DNA from: a virus
Length of the DNA: 64,000 bases
Direction: 5' to 3' (one strand)
Virus record (IMG/VR): IMGVR_UViG_3300020055_000005
Coordinates: 1-64,000 of that record
Positions 56,582 to 64,000 of this stretch are shown piece by piece; the stretch's first letter is position 1; each line of letters begins with the position of its first letter. The notes below the pieces were generated by a model. The model did not search any database. It was not told the DNA's origin and saw only the letters and a program-made list of their open reading frames with translations. A program made the translations under genes and the position numbers.

Positions 56582-57640
56582 TTAAAATACAACTTTCTTA
56601 CCAGCAAGTACTAGATCACCTGCGGCCTGAATTCTCATGTTTTTACCTGACTTAATTGTCAGATCATCTGAAACATCAAGTAACCCTTTACCGTATGCAG
56701 TTATTTCTGCATTACCATTTGCATGAATGTTTGCGTTACCTAATACTCTTATATTCACTTTACCACCAACATACATTTCGTGGTCTTTACATACAACATG
56801 ATAGTGGTCATTTACAATGTGATGTACTTCAGAACCATCAGGATGAATTTCTGTAAATGTTCCTGATCTATGTTCTATTGCAAGACGTTCCTTTTCGAAA
56901 GTGTCATCAATTTCTAAGACGTGTCCTGACTCTGAATGCCATACATGGTTATATGGGTACTTGGGGTCTGCAGGTGAATTAGGGTAGTGTTCCATACCTT
57001 TAATTTCATTTATGTTTCGAACACTATAATCTCCTTCTCCTCTTGCAAACTTTGAAATATCTGATTCATCAAAATACAATGGATAGAATGGTAAATCTTT
57101 TTCTGCATCAATTTCATAATGGTCAACAGTTGACCCTGTTCCATCATAGTTAACAGTTCTTCCTTCTTCTGATGGTTGTTTAGGTGCAGTGTCTAATGCT
57201 TGTTCTAGTCCCCAAGTTCTAACTGAATTTTGTGCAGGGTTTGCCCCATCTGCAGTTCCTTCGTAATCTGCAGGGGTCATTCTTCTAGGGTCATTAAATC
57301 CTTTATCTACTAATCTAGATAATATGGTTCCTTCGACTGTTTCTCTGTAACCATCAACTGTAACTCCAGTCGCAACCCCTATAATAATTGGGTCTTGTTT
57401 TGTGGAGTCTCTCCAAAATCCAAATACCGTAGACCCCTCAACAAGTCCGTGAGAGTTCATACCGATACCTGAGAGACCACTTGACGTTGGTGGAAGAATT
57501 ACCTGTGCCCATGGTAAATCAGGTGTTGCAATCGCAAGTTTATCATCTGTATGAACACCATGAACACGTACACGTACTCTTCCTATCATGAGAGGGTCAT
57601 GTCTGTCTTCAACTATTCCGTAAAAATATTCTGCGTTCAT
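56582..57640 (-). CDS. gp5: Baseplate hub/spike protein (no lysozyme domain)
   Basis: G.VEDR.DP...GRVRVR, LPWA and YPYNHV..SESGH..EIDDT motifs; short beta-helix. Confidence 0.92.
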   Translation of the reverse strand: MNAEYFYGIVEDRHDPLMIGRVRVRVHGVHTDDKLAIATPDLPWAQVILPPTSSGLSGIGMNSHGLVEGSTVFGFWRDSTKQDPIIIGVATGVTVDGYRETVEGTILSRLVDKGFNDPRRMTPADYEGTADGANPAQNSVRTWGLEQALDTAPKQPSEEGRTVNYDGTGSTVDHYEIDAEKDLPFYPLYFDESDISKFARGEGDYSVRNINEIKGMEHYPNSPADPKYPYNHVWHSESGHVLEIDDTFEKERLAIEHRSGTFTEIHPDGSEVHHIVNDHYHVVCKDHEMYVGGKVNIRVLGNANIHANGNAEITAYGKGLLDVSDDLTIKSGKNMRIQAAGDLVLAGKKVVF

Positions 57641-59118
57641 TATGTATCCTGTACTGTATTTTGGATTCTTTCAGGGCCAGATGCGTTCTGTAATGGTCTG
57701 TAATCTTCTATTTTACCTGAGAAACTTTCTTTAACCGCTTCTATATGAAGAAACCCTGTGTTTTTAGTTGGGTCTGCATCCATACACATATCTGTTACAA
57801 GATAACGATTATCATTTACATTACTTTCAATCGAACTGTCAGGTCTCTTTAATTCAGGTTCAGGTATAATTAATTTAACTATAGACCCAACTGTGAAATC
57901 TGTTCTGAGAGGAACCGTAAATTTTATTCTGTTCTGTTGGAGTGTTTCTAATAATGCCTTTCTTTCCAGTGGCCCTGTGTTATCTGATTTAAGTCCTATT
58001 AATGGTTCGTTTGAAGTTACGTCTGTTGCATCACCAAAAGAATGTGTAGTAGTGTAAGTGTATTCAACAACACTATCGAATGCTTTATTCGGAGCTGCAT
58101 CTGCATCTAACTCATCGTAATCTGCAGGTAACATACTGTCTGTTTGGTTTCTTGCCTTCAATATAACTTCAGGTTCATCTAAACGTACCATTGGAAAGTT
58201 TCCACTTACGTGTGTACCCTTATCCATAACTTCTTTCATATCGTAATGATATGTTCTATCCATTTTTCTAAGAGGGTCGTATACATGCATAGTTGCAGAA
58301 TAAGAACCTGCAACTGTTCCTCTTAAAGTGTCAAATAGTTGAGGTCTAGAATATGAAAGTATTGTAGAATTCAATCCCACACCTGGCACGTTTACAGGTG
58401 CATTGAGTGAATCTATTTGAGAAGTCTTAGGTCTATATTCAAATTGTTGTCCGTGTTCTCTCCCACACATTTCATCCATGGACATAAACCTAAAACCACC
58501 GTTTAGTGTTTGGAATAAAAAGAATCCTTGTTTCCAACTACCACTATTATCTTTCTCTGCGTTCTGAATAGTGTAGTCTAAAAATTTATTAACTGACCAA
58601 TTAGGACAAATGAATTGAACGTTACTTGGGTCTGATTCTTCCCAAAAATCAATTTCAGTTCCTTTCATGTTACCGTAATCTTGCATTACACCCAAACAAA
58701 TCTCTGACCATGAACCTGTCCACGTCCCACTTATTCTTTGTTTCTGTAAATAGAATAGACGAGGTTCACATAATTGTAAGACGTATGATTGTGTCTTGTC
58801 ATCAACTCTCAGATTGTTTTGTACTTTATAAACTCTAAAAACTTTATCAATAGAATTTGAAAGTTCAGATTCTGACCCATCATTTTCTTTACCACGTAAT
58901 GCAATACGAACATACTCTTGTCCGACTAGTTTGAAATTCTTTAAAATGTTGAGGGAGTCAACTATTGAAATGTCTGCACTAACAAACTTAGAGTAGATAC
59001 TTTCATACATGCGAAAGTTAACAACAATATCTTCAATTGCAAGTGTGTCACCATCTGCATTAACTAATGTCATTGACTCTAGTGCAAACTCACCAGGCCT
59101 GTAATTTCTTTGTTCCAT
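57640..59118 (-). CDS. Baseplate hub protein (gp27-like)
   Basis: YESI...D..N....L.GQE, FFLFQT..GF.F and YLVT motifs; position. Confidence 0.65.
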   Translation of the reverse strand: MEQRNYRPGEFALESMTLVNADGDTLAIEDIVVNFRMYESIYSKFVSADISIVDSLNILKNFKLVGQEYVRIALRGKENDGSESELSNSIDKVFRVYKVQNNLRVDDKTQSYVLQLCEPRLFYLQKQRISGTWTGSWSEICLGVMQDYGNMKGTEIDFWEESDPSNVQFICPNWSVNKFLDYTIQNAEKDNSGSWKQGFFLFQTLNGGFRFMSMDEMCGREHGQQFEYRPKTSQIDSLNAPVNVPGVGLNSTILSYSRPQLFDTLRGTVAGSYSATMHVYDPLRKMDRTYHYDMKEVMDKGTHVSGNFPMVRLDEPEVILKARNQTDSMLPADYDELDADAAPNKAFDSVVEYTYTTTHSFGDATDVTSNEPLIGLKSDNTGPLERKALLETLQQNRIKFTVPLRTDFTVGSIVKLIIPEPELKRPDSSIESNVNDNRYLVTDMCMDADPTKNTGFLHIEAVKESFSGKIEDYRPLQNASGPERIQNTVQDT

Positions 59119-59828
59119 TAACTACTCATTACACGTTCAAATTCACGAACAACTCTAGACATTATCTGAGGTTTAATGAATTTAATCAAACGTTTTTGTT
59201 CATTCTCTTCGTCTTCCATCTGCCAGTTACTTACTTCTGTATAACCTGTTGCAGAAAAATTTTGTCTTTTACCTTCTGAATCTTGGTAGTATGCGACACC
59301 ATCTATCATGTCAATAACAGAATTTATTTCAAGGGTCTTTCCACTTACTTCACCAGTTAGTGTTTCTCCAACTATCCAATTACCTTTTGTTACTGCAATC
59401 CTCTTATATGTAGGTTCCACTTGTAAGACTCTTCCGTTACCACTATGTGACCTAACCTTTTCTCCTATTAAAAACTTCCTGTCTTGTTGAATGATATCTG
59501 AAACATTTTGCACTACGATATAATTGCCTGGATATTTTTCCTCCATATAAGTTTCCATGGTGCGTTGATCTTTATACCAATCAAGATAATTTTCCATGTC
59601 ATTGACTAAGAAGAATGTCCAATGTAATTTACTAGAACCGTATAATCTATGTGCAACAATATCAGGTCTCTCACCTTCTTTTATCTCGTAAAACTCATAA
59701 TCAATTAATGAGTTAACTGCATCCTGTTCAATCTTTGCCTTTCTGAAAAAGTCACGTACAGTTACCCACTTACCATTTTGGAGTTTGTAATTTATCTTTG
59801 GAAAATTTTTAAAATATTTTTGTGCCAT
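59118..59828 (-). CDS. gp53: Baseplate wedge protein
   Basis: YF..FP.I.Y, ERPD.VA..LYG...HW and E...NE.KR.I motifs. Confidence 0.93.
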   Translation of the reverse strand: MAQKYFKNFPKINYKLQNGKWVTVRDFFRKAKIEQDAVNSLIDYEFYEIKEGERPDIVAHRLYGSSKLHWTFFLVNDMENYLDWYKDQRTMETYMEEKYPGNYIVVQNVSDIIQQDRKFLIGEKVRSHSGNGRVLQVEPTYKRIAVTKGNWIVGETLTGEVSGKTLEINSVIDMIDGVAYYQDSEGKRQNFSATGYTEVSNWQMEDEENEQKRLIKFIKPQIMSRVVREFERVMSS

Positions 59829-60904
59829 TATCCACCTCTCATATTATCTTCTAATGCACTTGCGCTTTGTTCTCCACCAGCACCAAGTGCAGTTGCAGTC
59901 GGACTGATTGCAAGATAATTATTTTGTGATAGAATTTTGATTTCTAAAAACTCTAGTGTCATTGTTGTTTTCATAGGTTGTCCATCTGCATGAACAGAGA
60001 ATTTTTGTCCACCTGTATGATCAACATCACACTTGGTACACACCATAGGTAAGAACCCATCTAATTTGGATGCAATAGGCCCTACGTAAGTTACATCGAA
60101 TATGTTTGGATAGTTAAAGAAGTTTTCTGTTTCTGAACCACCTACTGATGCGAATGTATCAGGTAACATTGATGACCTAAACCCAAAAATTATATTATTG
60201 ACCATGGTTGCTTCTTCTTGACTTCTTGGATAGAAGTCATAACTAAAGTTCCATGATCTAAATGCAACCCCATCCAACATTTGTTCTTGCATAGGATTGA
60301 TTGCACGACCTGCCATGAAGTTTGAAACGTCACCTGTTAATTTGTTCCAAGTGTTTTGTCCTGCAGCTTTGATTGCGTTAAGTGCTTCTTCTCCTGCAGT
60401 CTTTAAGAAATCACCCTCAACATCGTTAGATGCAGCATTTATTGATCTCATCAAACCTTGTTTTGCAGGGCCAAAGTCTTTAGCCGCATAAGTTACGTTT
60501 GCTTGAGAGATAACTGAGTCAGGTACGTATAGGTGTGCAGAGAATCCATCGAATGGTGTTGATTGACCTGACATTAGATTTCCTGGCTGGTGTTTACGTG
60601 GTCTTGTTTCAAAATGAATATAATTGTTAAACAATTCATGTTGAGGATAAACTGTGTCTAGGTATCTTACATTAGTACTACTTTCATACCATGAACCCAC
60701 TTCGACTGCTGAACTGACCTGTGCTTCAAGTGCATCTCTTCTTTCTTTAAGTTTCTCTCTCGCTTCAGTTGCTTGCTCACCTAATTCATCAATGAGGTTA
60801 TCATAGTTTAATCTTTCGATTTTACTTTGAATACCTTTAATTGAATTAATGGTTTTGTTTGCTTTACCTACTAAGTCGAGTAACTTATCTACGAAATTTG
60901 ACAT
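59828..60904 (-). CDS. gp48: Baseplate tail tube cap
   Basis: LYVP, NP.....GV.FR...F.YDF.P.S..EA and L.F.EI motifs. Confidence 0.8.
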   Translation of the reverse strand: MSNFVDKLLDLVGKANKTINSIKGIQSKIERLNYDNLIDELGEQATEAREKLKERRDALEAQVSSAVEVGSWYESSTNVRYLDTVYPQHELFNNYIHFETRPRKHQPGNLMSGQSTPFDGFSAHLYVPDSVISQANVTYAAKDFGPAKQGLMRSINAASNDVEGDFLKTAGEEALNAIKAAGQNTWNKLTGDVSNFMAGRAINPMQEQMLDGVAFRSWNFSYDFYPRSQEEATMVNNIIFGFRSSMLPDTFASVGGSETENFFNYPNIFDVTYVGPIASKLDGFLPMVCTKCDVDHTGGQKFSVHADGQPMKTTMTLEFLEIKILSQNNYLAISPTATALGAGGEQSASALEDNMRGG

Positions 60905-60914
60905 TTAAATACCT

Positions 60915-60922
60915 TATAAATA
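60915..60922 (+). promoter_or_regulatory. Late promoter TATAAATA (gp4 operon)
   Basis: Exact consensus. Confidence 0.75.
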
Positions 60923-60947
60923 AACTAAAAGAGTTTTACAGTTATTT

Positions 60948-61394
60948 ATGTCATACAGTGGAAAGTTCAAACCGAAGAACTATAAAAAATACAAAGGTGA
61001 CCCTACTAAAATCTTCTATCGTTCTCTATGGGAACGTAAATTTATGGTGTATTGCGATAATAACGATGCAATTATAGAATGGGGTAGTGAAGAAATTGTA
61101 ATTCCATACAAATCACCTATCGATAAGAAACCACATAGATACTTCCCTGACTTCTATATAAAATACGTGAATAGTAAGGGTCAGTCTGTTCGTGAAATTA
61201 TAGAAGTTAAACCAAAGGCACAGACACTACCACCCAAAGAACAGAAACGTAAGACACAGAAATTTTTACGTGAGATAGCAACCTACGCAACCAATCAGGC
61301 AAAATGGAAAGCCGCAGAAGAGTATTGTGCAGATCGAAGAATGCACTTTCGTATATTAACAGAAGATCATCTTCTACCCAAGAAAAAGAAATGA
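60948..61394 (+). CDS. gp4: Head completion nuclease
   Basis: KY.GDP..I.YRS.WE, RYFPDF, IEVKP and NQAKW motifs. Confidence 0.96.
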   Translation: MSYSGKFKPKNYKKYKGDPTKIFYRSLWERKFMVYCDNNDAIIEWGSEEIVIPYKSPIDKKPHRYFPDFYIKYVNSKGQSVREIIEVKPKAQTLPPKEQKRKTQKFLREIATYATNQAKWKAAEEYCADRRMHFRILTEDHLLPKKKK

Positions 61395-62011
61395 AAGCAG
61401 TTGTATTTGATTTAGATGGAGTGTTAATAGATTCTCTTCCTAATATGAAAATGGCATGGGGGATAGTGCAACTCCATCATAAGATTGACATACCATTTTC
61501 TGAATATGAGAAACAGATTGGTAAACCCTTCTTTGATATTCTAACTGCAATCGGTATCACTGAAAATCATAGAGAAATAAAGAACACTTATAATGAGGCA
61601 TCTCACATGACACTAGATGAGATAAAGATTTATCCTCATGCGATATCAACATTAAAAGAATTGAGAGATAGGAACTACAAGATTGCGATATGTACATCTA
61701 AAGACTATGACAGAGTGTTACATGTATTTGCATCTTTAATATTAGATGGTGAGAAATTTCCTAGATTTGATTTCATCTGCGCTCCTAAAGAGGAAATTAG
61801 AGGTAAACCAGCTCCTGATCAATTACTATATACCTTAGCACACTTAAACGTTGACCCTAAAGATGCATACTTCGTTGGAGATATGCAATCTGATAAAGAG
61901 TGTGCAGAACGTGCTAATGTAAAATTTATACATGCAAAATATGGATTCGGTGATTTAAAATGCGAACACTATCTAGACCAACTGTCGGACTTAACCAAGT
62001 TATTGGATTAA
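61391..62011 (+). CDS. HAD-superfamily phosphatase (Gph-like)
   Basis: FDLDGVL, TSK, KP.PD and VGD...D motifs. Start placed at the ATG at 61391. Confidence 0.92.
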   Translation: MKAVVFDLDGVLIDSLPNMKMAWGIVQLHHKIDIPFSEYEKQIGKPFFDILTAIGITENHREIKNTYNEASHMTLDEIKIYPHAISTLKELRDRNYKIAICTSKDYDRVLHVFASLILDGEKFPRFDFICAPKEEIRGKPAPDQLLYTLAHLNVDPKDAYFVGDMQSDKECAERANVKFIHAKYGFGDLKCEHYLDQLSDLTKLLD

Positions 62012-62727
62012 TTCCTGCACGTTGGAACTCATCTCGTTTTGAGGGTAAACCCCTTGCAGAAATATGTGGTATACCTATGATTCATAGAGTATATAATCAA
62101 TGTCTTCAATGTGAATCGTTAGATAGAATAGTAGTCTTGACTGACGATGAACGAATCAATCAGTATTGTGCATCCAATGAAATTCCATGTGTTGTAATTG
62201 ATGAACCATGCGAGACAGGAACAGACCGTTGTGCGAAAGCGATTGAACTCTTAGATGGAGATTACTTTGTAAATATCCAAGGTGACGAACCCCTAATCGA
62301 CCCTTACACTATTGACACTTTGGTTAGAACATTTTTAGAAAATCCTGATCACTGGATGGCAGGAAATGCGTATGTAAAAATGCATGACGATTTAAAACTG
62401 CATGATAAGAATGTAGTTAAAGTTGTGTTCGATGTAACAGACAGTGCGTTGTTTTTTTCACGTTTACCTATCCCATATCCTAAAGGTGATATGGAACAAT
62501 ACTATCAACAGTTGGGTTTATACGTTTTTACACGTGAAAGTTTAGAACGATTCTCAGACTTAGAACGTCTTCCATTAGAAAGATCGGAAGAAATTGAAAT
62601 GTTGCGTTTTTTAGAACATGACTATAAGGTGAGAATGGTAGAAGTAACAGATGTGGGACTGTCCGTAGACACCCCTCACGATTTAAAGGAAGTAGAGAGA
62701 TACATTAATGATATACAATATAACTAA
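61960..62727 (+). CDS. kdsB: KdsB-like cytidylyltransferase (CMP-ulosonate synthetase family)
   Basis: IPAR..SSRF.GKPLA.I.G.PMI, TGTDR, NIQGDEP, FSR.PIP, LE..E..E.LR.LE and VDTP.DL motifs. Confidence 0.88.
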   Translation: MRTLSRPTVGLNQVIGLIPARWNSSRFEGKPLAEICGIPMIHRVYNQCLQCESLDRIVVLTDDERINQYCASNEIPCVVIDEPCETGTDRCAKAIELLDGDYFVNIQGDEPLIDPYTIDTLVRTFLENPDHWMAGNAYVKMHDDLKLHDKNVVKVVFDVTDSALFFSRLPIPYPKGDMEQYYQQLGLYVFTRESLERFSDLERLPLERSEEIEMLRFLEHDYKVRMVEVTDVGLSVDTPHDLKEVERYINDIQYN

Positions 62728-63544
62728 CCCTAATTATACAATTGATGAAGAGAATCTTGCAAGATTAAAAGAAGACTTTGAAAGAGTAAGTGAATATTCT
62801 AAACCAAAACTTGTAAGATTGAATGATGCATTTCATCATTACAATCTAGTAGATGCTGATCATCCAACATTACACTTTGCAAAAGGTCTATTAGAACATG
62901 GACACAGAGAACCCATACAAAAAGAAACGTTCATGGAAAAAATGAATGATCAAAAAGACAATGTGTTATTTCATGCAGTTAAGTGTATGTTTTTAATACA
63001 TGAAGAATTAATGAGAGGATTCTACTCACTTCCACAAGCTTATATAAATCATGACACTGGTAAATGGGTTGTACATCCAGGCTCGTTTCGTGTCAAAACA
63101 CTTGTTCATACAGGTAAATGGGAACAGAATTTTATTGTATGGGATGATAAAGATATTCTAGAAGAAGACCCCATTGATTTTGACACTTGGTGTGGACACT
63201 TCTTACATAATGCAGAGTTTGAAAGAGACCTTCATGTTGCAGTAGAACCTCAAAATCATAGAGGTAAAAAAAGTCCTATTATAGAATTTCATGTTGGTGA
63301 AGATAGAGAAATGATGTACGCTCTTGCTCACAAAGTACACAATCGATTTAAAGTGAAACCTTATCTAAAAGGAGAGTGTCATCCTGACTTAGAAATATAT
63401 TTTAGTGATGACCCCACTTCGAAGATACACGTTACGACTGCAGAGGGGTATGTTCTACAGGAACATGACCTAGTACACTTCCTAAATTTACATCCAACTA
63501 TTAGAGATTTTAACACTGATAGAGTATTCATTTCATCGAATTAA
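62708..63544 (+). CDS. Hypothetical protein, paralogue of the N-terminal domain of the 25281-26849 fusion (ParB/Srx-like)
   Basis: FHAVKCMFLIH...G...PQ...VHPGSFR aligns with YHSAKAHWLIH...G...PIQ...IHPGSIR. Confidence 0.65.
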   Translation: MIYNITNPNYTIDEENLARLKEDFERVSEYSKPKLVRLNDAFHHYNLVDADHPTLHFAKGLLEHGHREPIQKETFMEKMNDQKDNVLFHAVKCMFLIHEELMRGFYSLPQAYINHDTGKWVVHPGSFRVKTLVHTGKWEQNFIVWDDKDILEEDPIDFDTWCGHFLHNAEFERDLHVAVEPQNHRGKKSPIIEFHVGEDREMMYALAHKVHNRFKVKPYLKGECHPDLEIYFSDDPTSKIHVTTAEGYVLQEHDLVHFLNLHPTIRDFNTDRVFISSN

Positions 63545-63552
63545 TATAAATA
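63545..63552 (+). promoter_or_regulatory. Late promoter TATAAATA (gp2)
   Basis: Exact consensus. Confidence 0.75.
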
Positions 63553-63559
63553 ATAGACG

Positions 63560-64000
63560 ATGGCAGGTCTATTTGAACAATTTGATGAACTTTTACCAGC
63601 AGAGATAGAAGAAAAATCTGCAGAAAGTATCGATTGGTTCAGAAAGAATCTCAGAACAATAAGATTAAGAGTTGATGAAGTGTCACGTTCACAAGGTGTC
63701 ACTGTTCAACCGTCTGAGATGAAGACAGGAGAGATGTTCTTATACTTGTATGATGCAAAACATAAAGAAACACTTCCATGGTACGACAAGTTTCCGTGCA
63801 TGATTCTCTTAGAGAAGAATGCAAAGGGTTTTATGGGACTTAATCTACACTACATTGCACCTAGATTTCGTGCAAAGTTGTTAGATGAATTATACAAGAT
63901 TAGTACAGACGAAGAACTAGAAGAACGAACTAGATTCAGAATAACATACGAACTATTGAAGAAGATTACAGATTTAAAGTATGGTATTCCTTGTGTTAAG
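63560..64000 (+). CDS. gp2: DNA end protector protein, partial
   Basis: Manual translation: S.DWFR, YDAKHKETLPWYDKFP, GLNLHY..P..R..LLD, PCVK. Confidence 0.92.
   Translation, partial: MAGLFEQFDELLPAEIEEKSAESIDWFRKNLRTIRLRVDEVSRSQGVTVQPSEMKTGEMFLYLYDAKHKETLPWYDKFPCMILLEKNAKGFMGLNLHYIAPRFRAKLLDELYKISTDEELEERTRFRITYELLKKITDLKYGIPCVK

Noticed and set aside
302-60491. Numerous short plus-strand and out-of-frame ORFs in the ORF track (e.g. 9953-10333, 29278-29892, 26875-27246, 54856-55395)
   Set aside because: They are shadows of well-supported genes and show no recognisable motifs or expression signals.
1-64000. tRNA, rRNA, group I introns or homing endonucleases
   Set aside because: None recognised by eye. 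Core genes appear uninterrupted and intergenic gaps are short. A tRNAscan/Infernal run would be needed to exclude them fully.

Overview
This is a 64-kb segment of a T4-like (Tevenvirinae/Kyanoviridae-type) myovirus genome, AT-rich and probably from an aquatic heterotrophic proteobacterial host (inference). It carries the virion morphogenesis block, almost all on the minus strand: baseplate gp48/53/5/25/6/7/8, a 2363-aa structural protein, a large fibre cluster, neck gp13-15, terminase gp16/17, tail gp18/19, head gp20-23 and gp3. It also holds uvsY/uvsW, gp55/47/46, iscU/iscA and a plus-strand gp4-HAD-KdsB-like-gp2 block. The stand-out feature is two pairs of adjacent Pro/Tyr/Gln/Arg repeat genes, each directly downstream of a fibre gene. 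Within each pair, the two proteins are mirror-image complements. In pair A (434 aa + 233 aa), 26 consecutive proline-delimited units have exactly reversed lengths over 192 residues, and Tyr on one chain consistently faces Ala/Gly/Ser on the other. Pair B (386 aa + 238 aa) keeps a constant register over about 170 residues. This points to antiparallel two-chain protein 'zippers' with a pairing code. In pair A, the register places the partner's N-terminus exactly at the GGGG|C cleavage site of a non-splicing Hint domain, suggesting Hint-mediated ligation of two gene products. A cluster of 2OG-Fe(II) oxygenases, a ParB/Srx-like-glycosyltransferase fusion and a probable fibre chaperone follows. All calls come from manual motif recognition, with no database searches.
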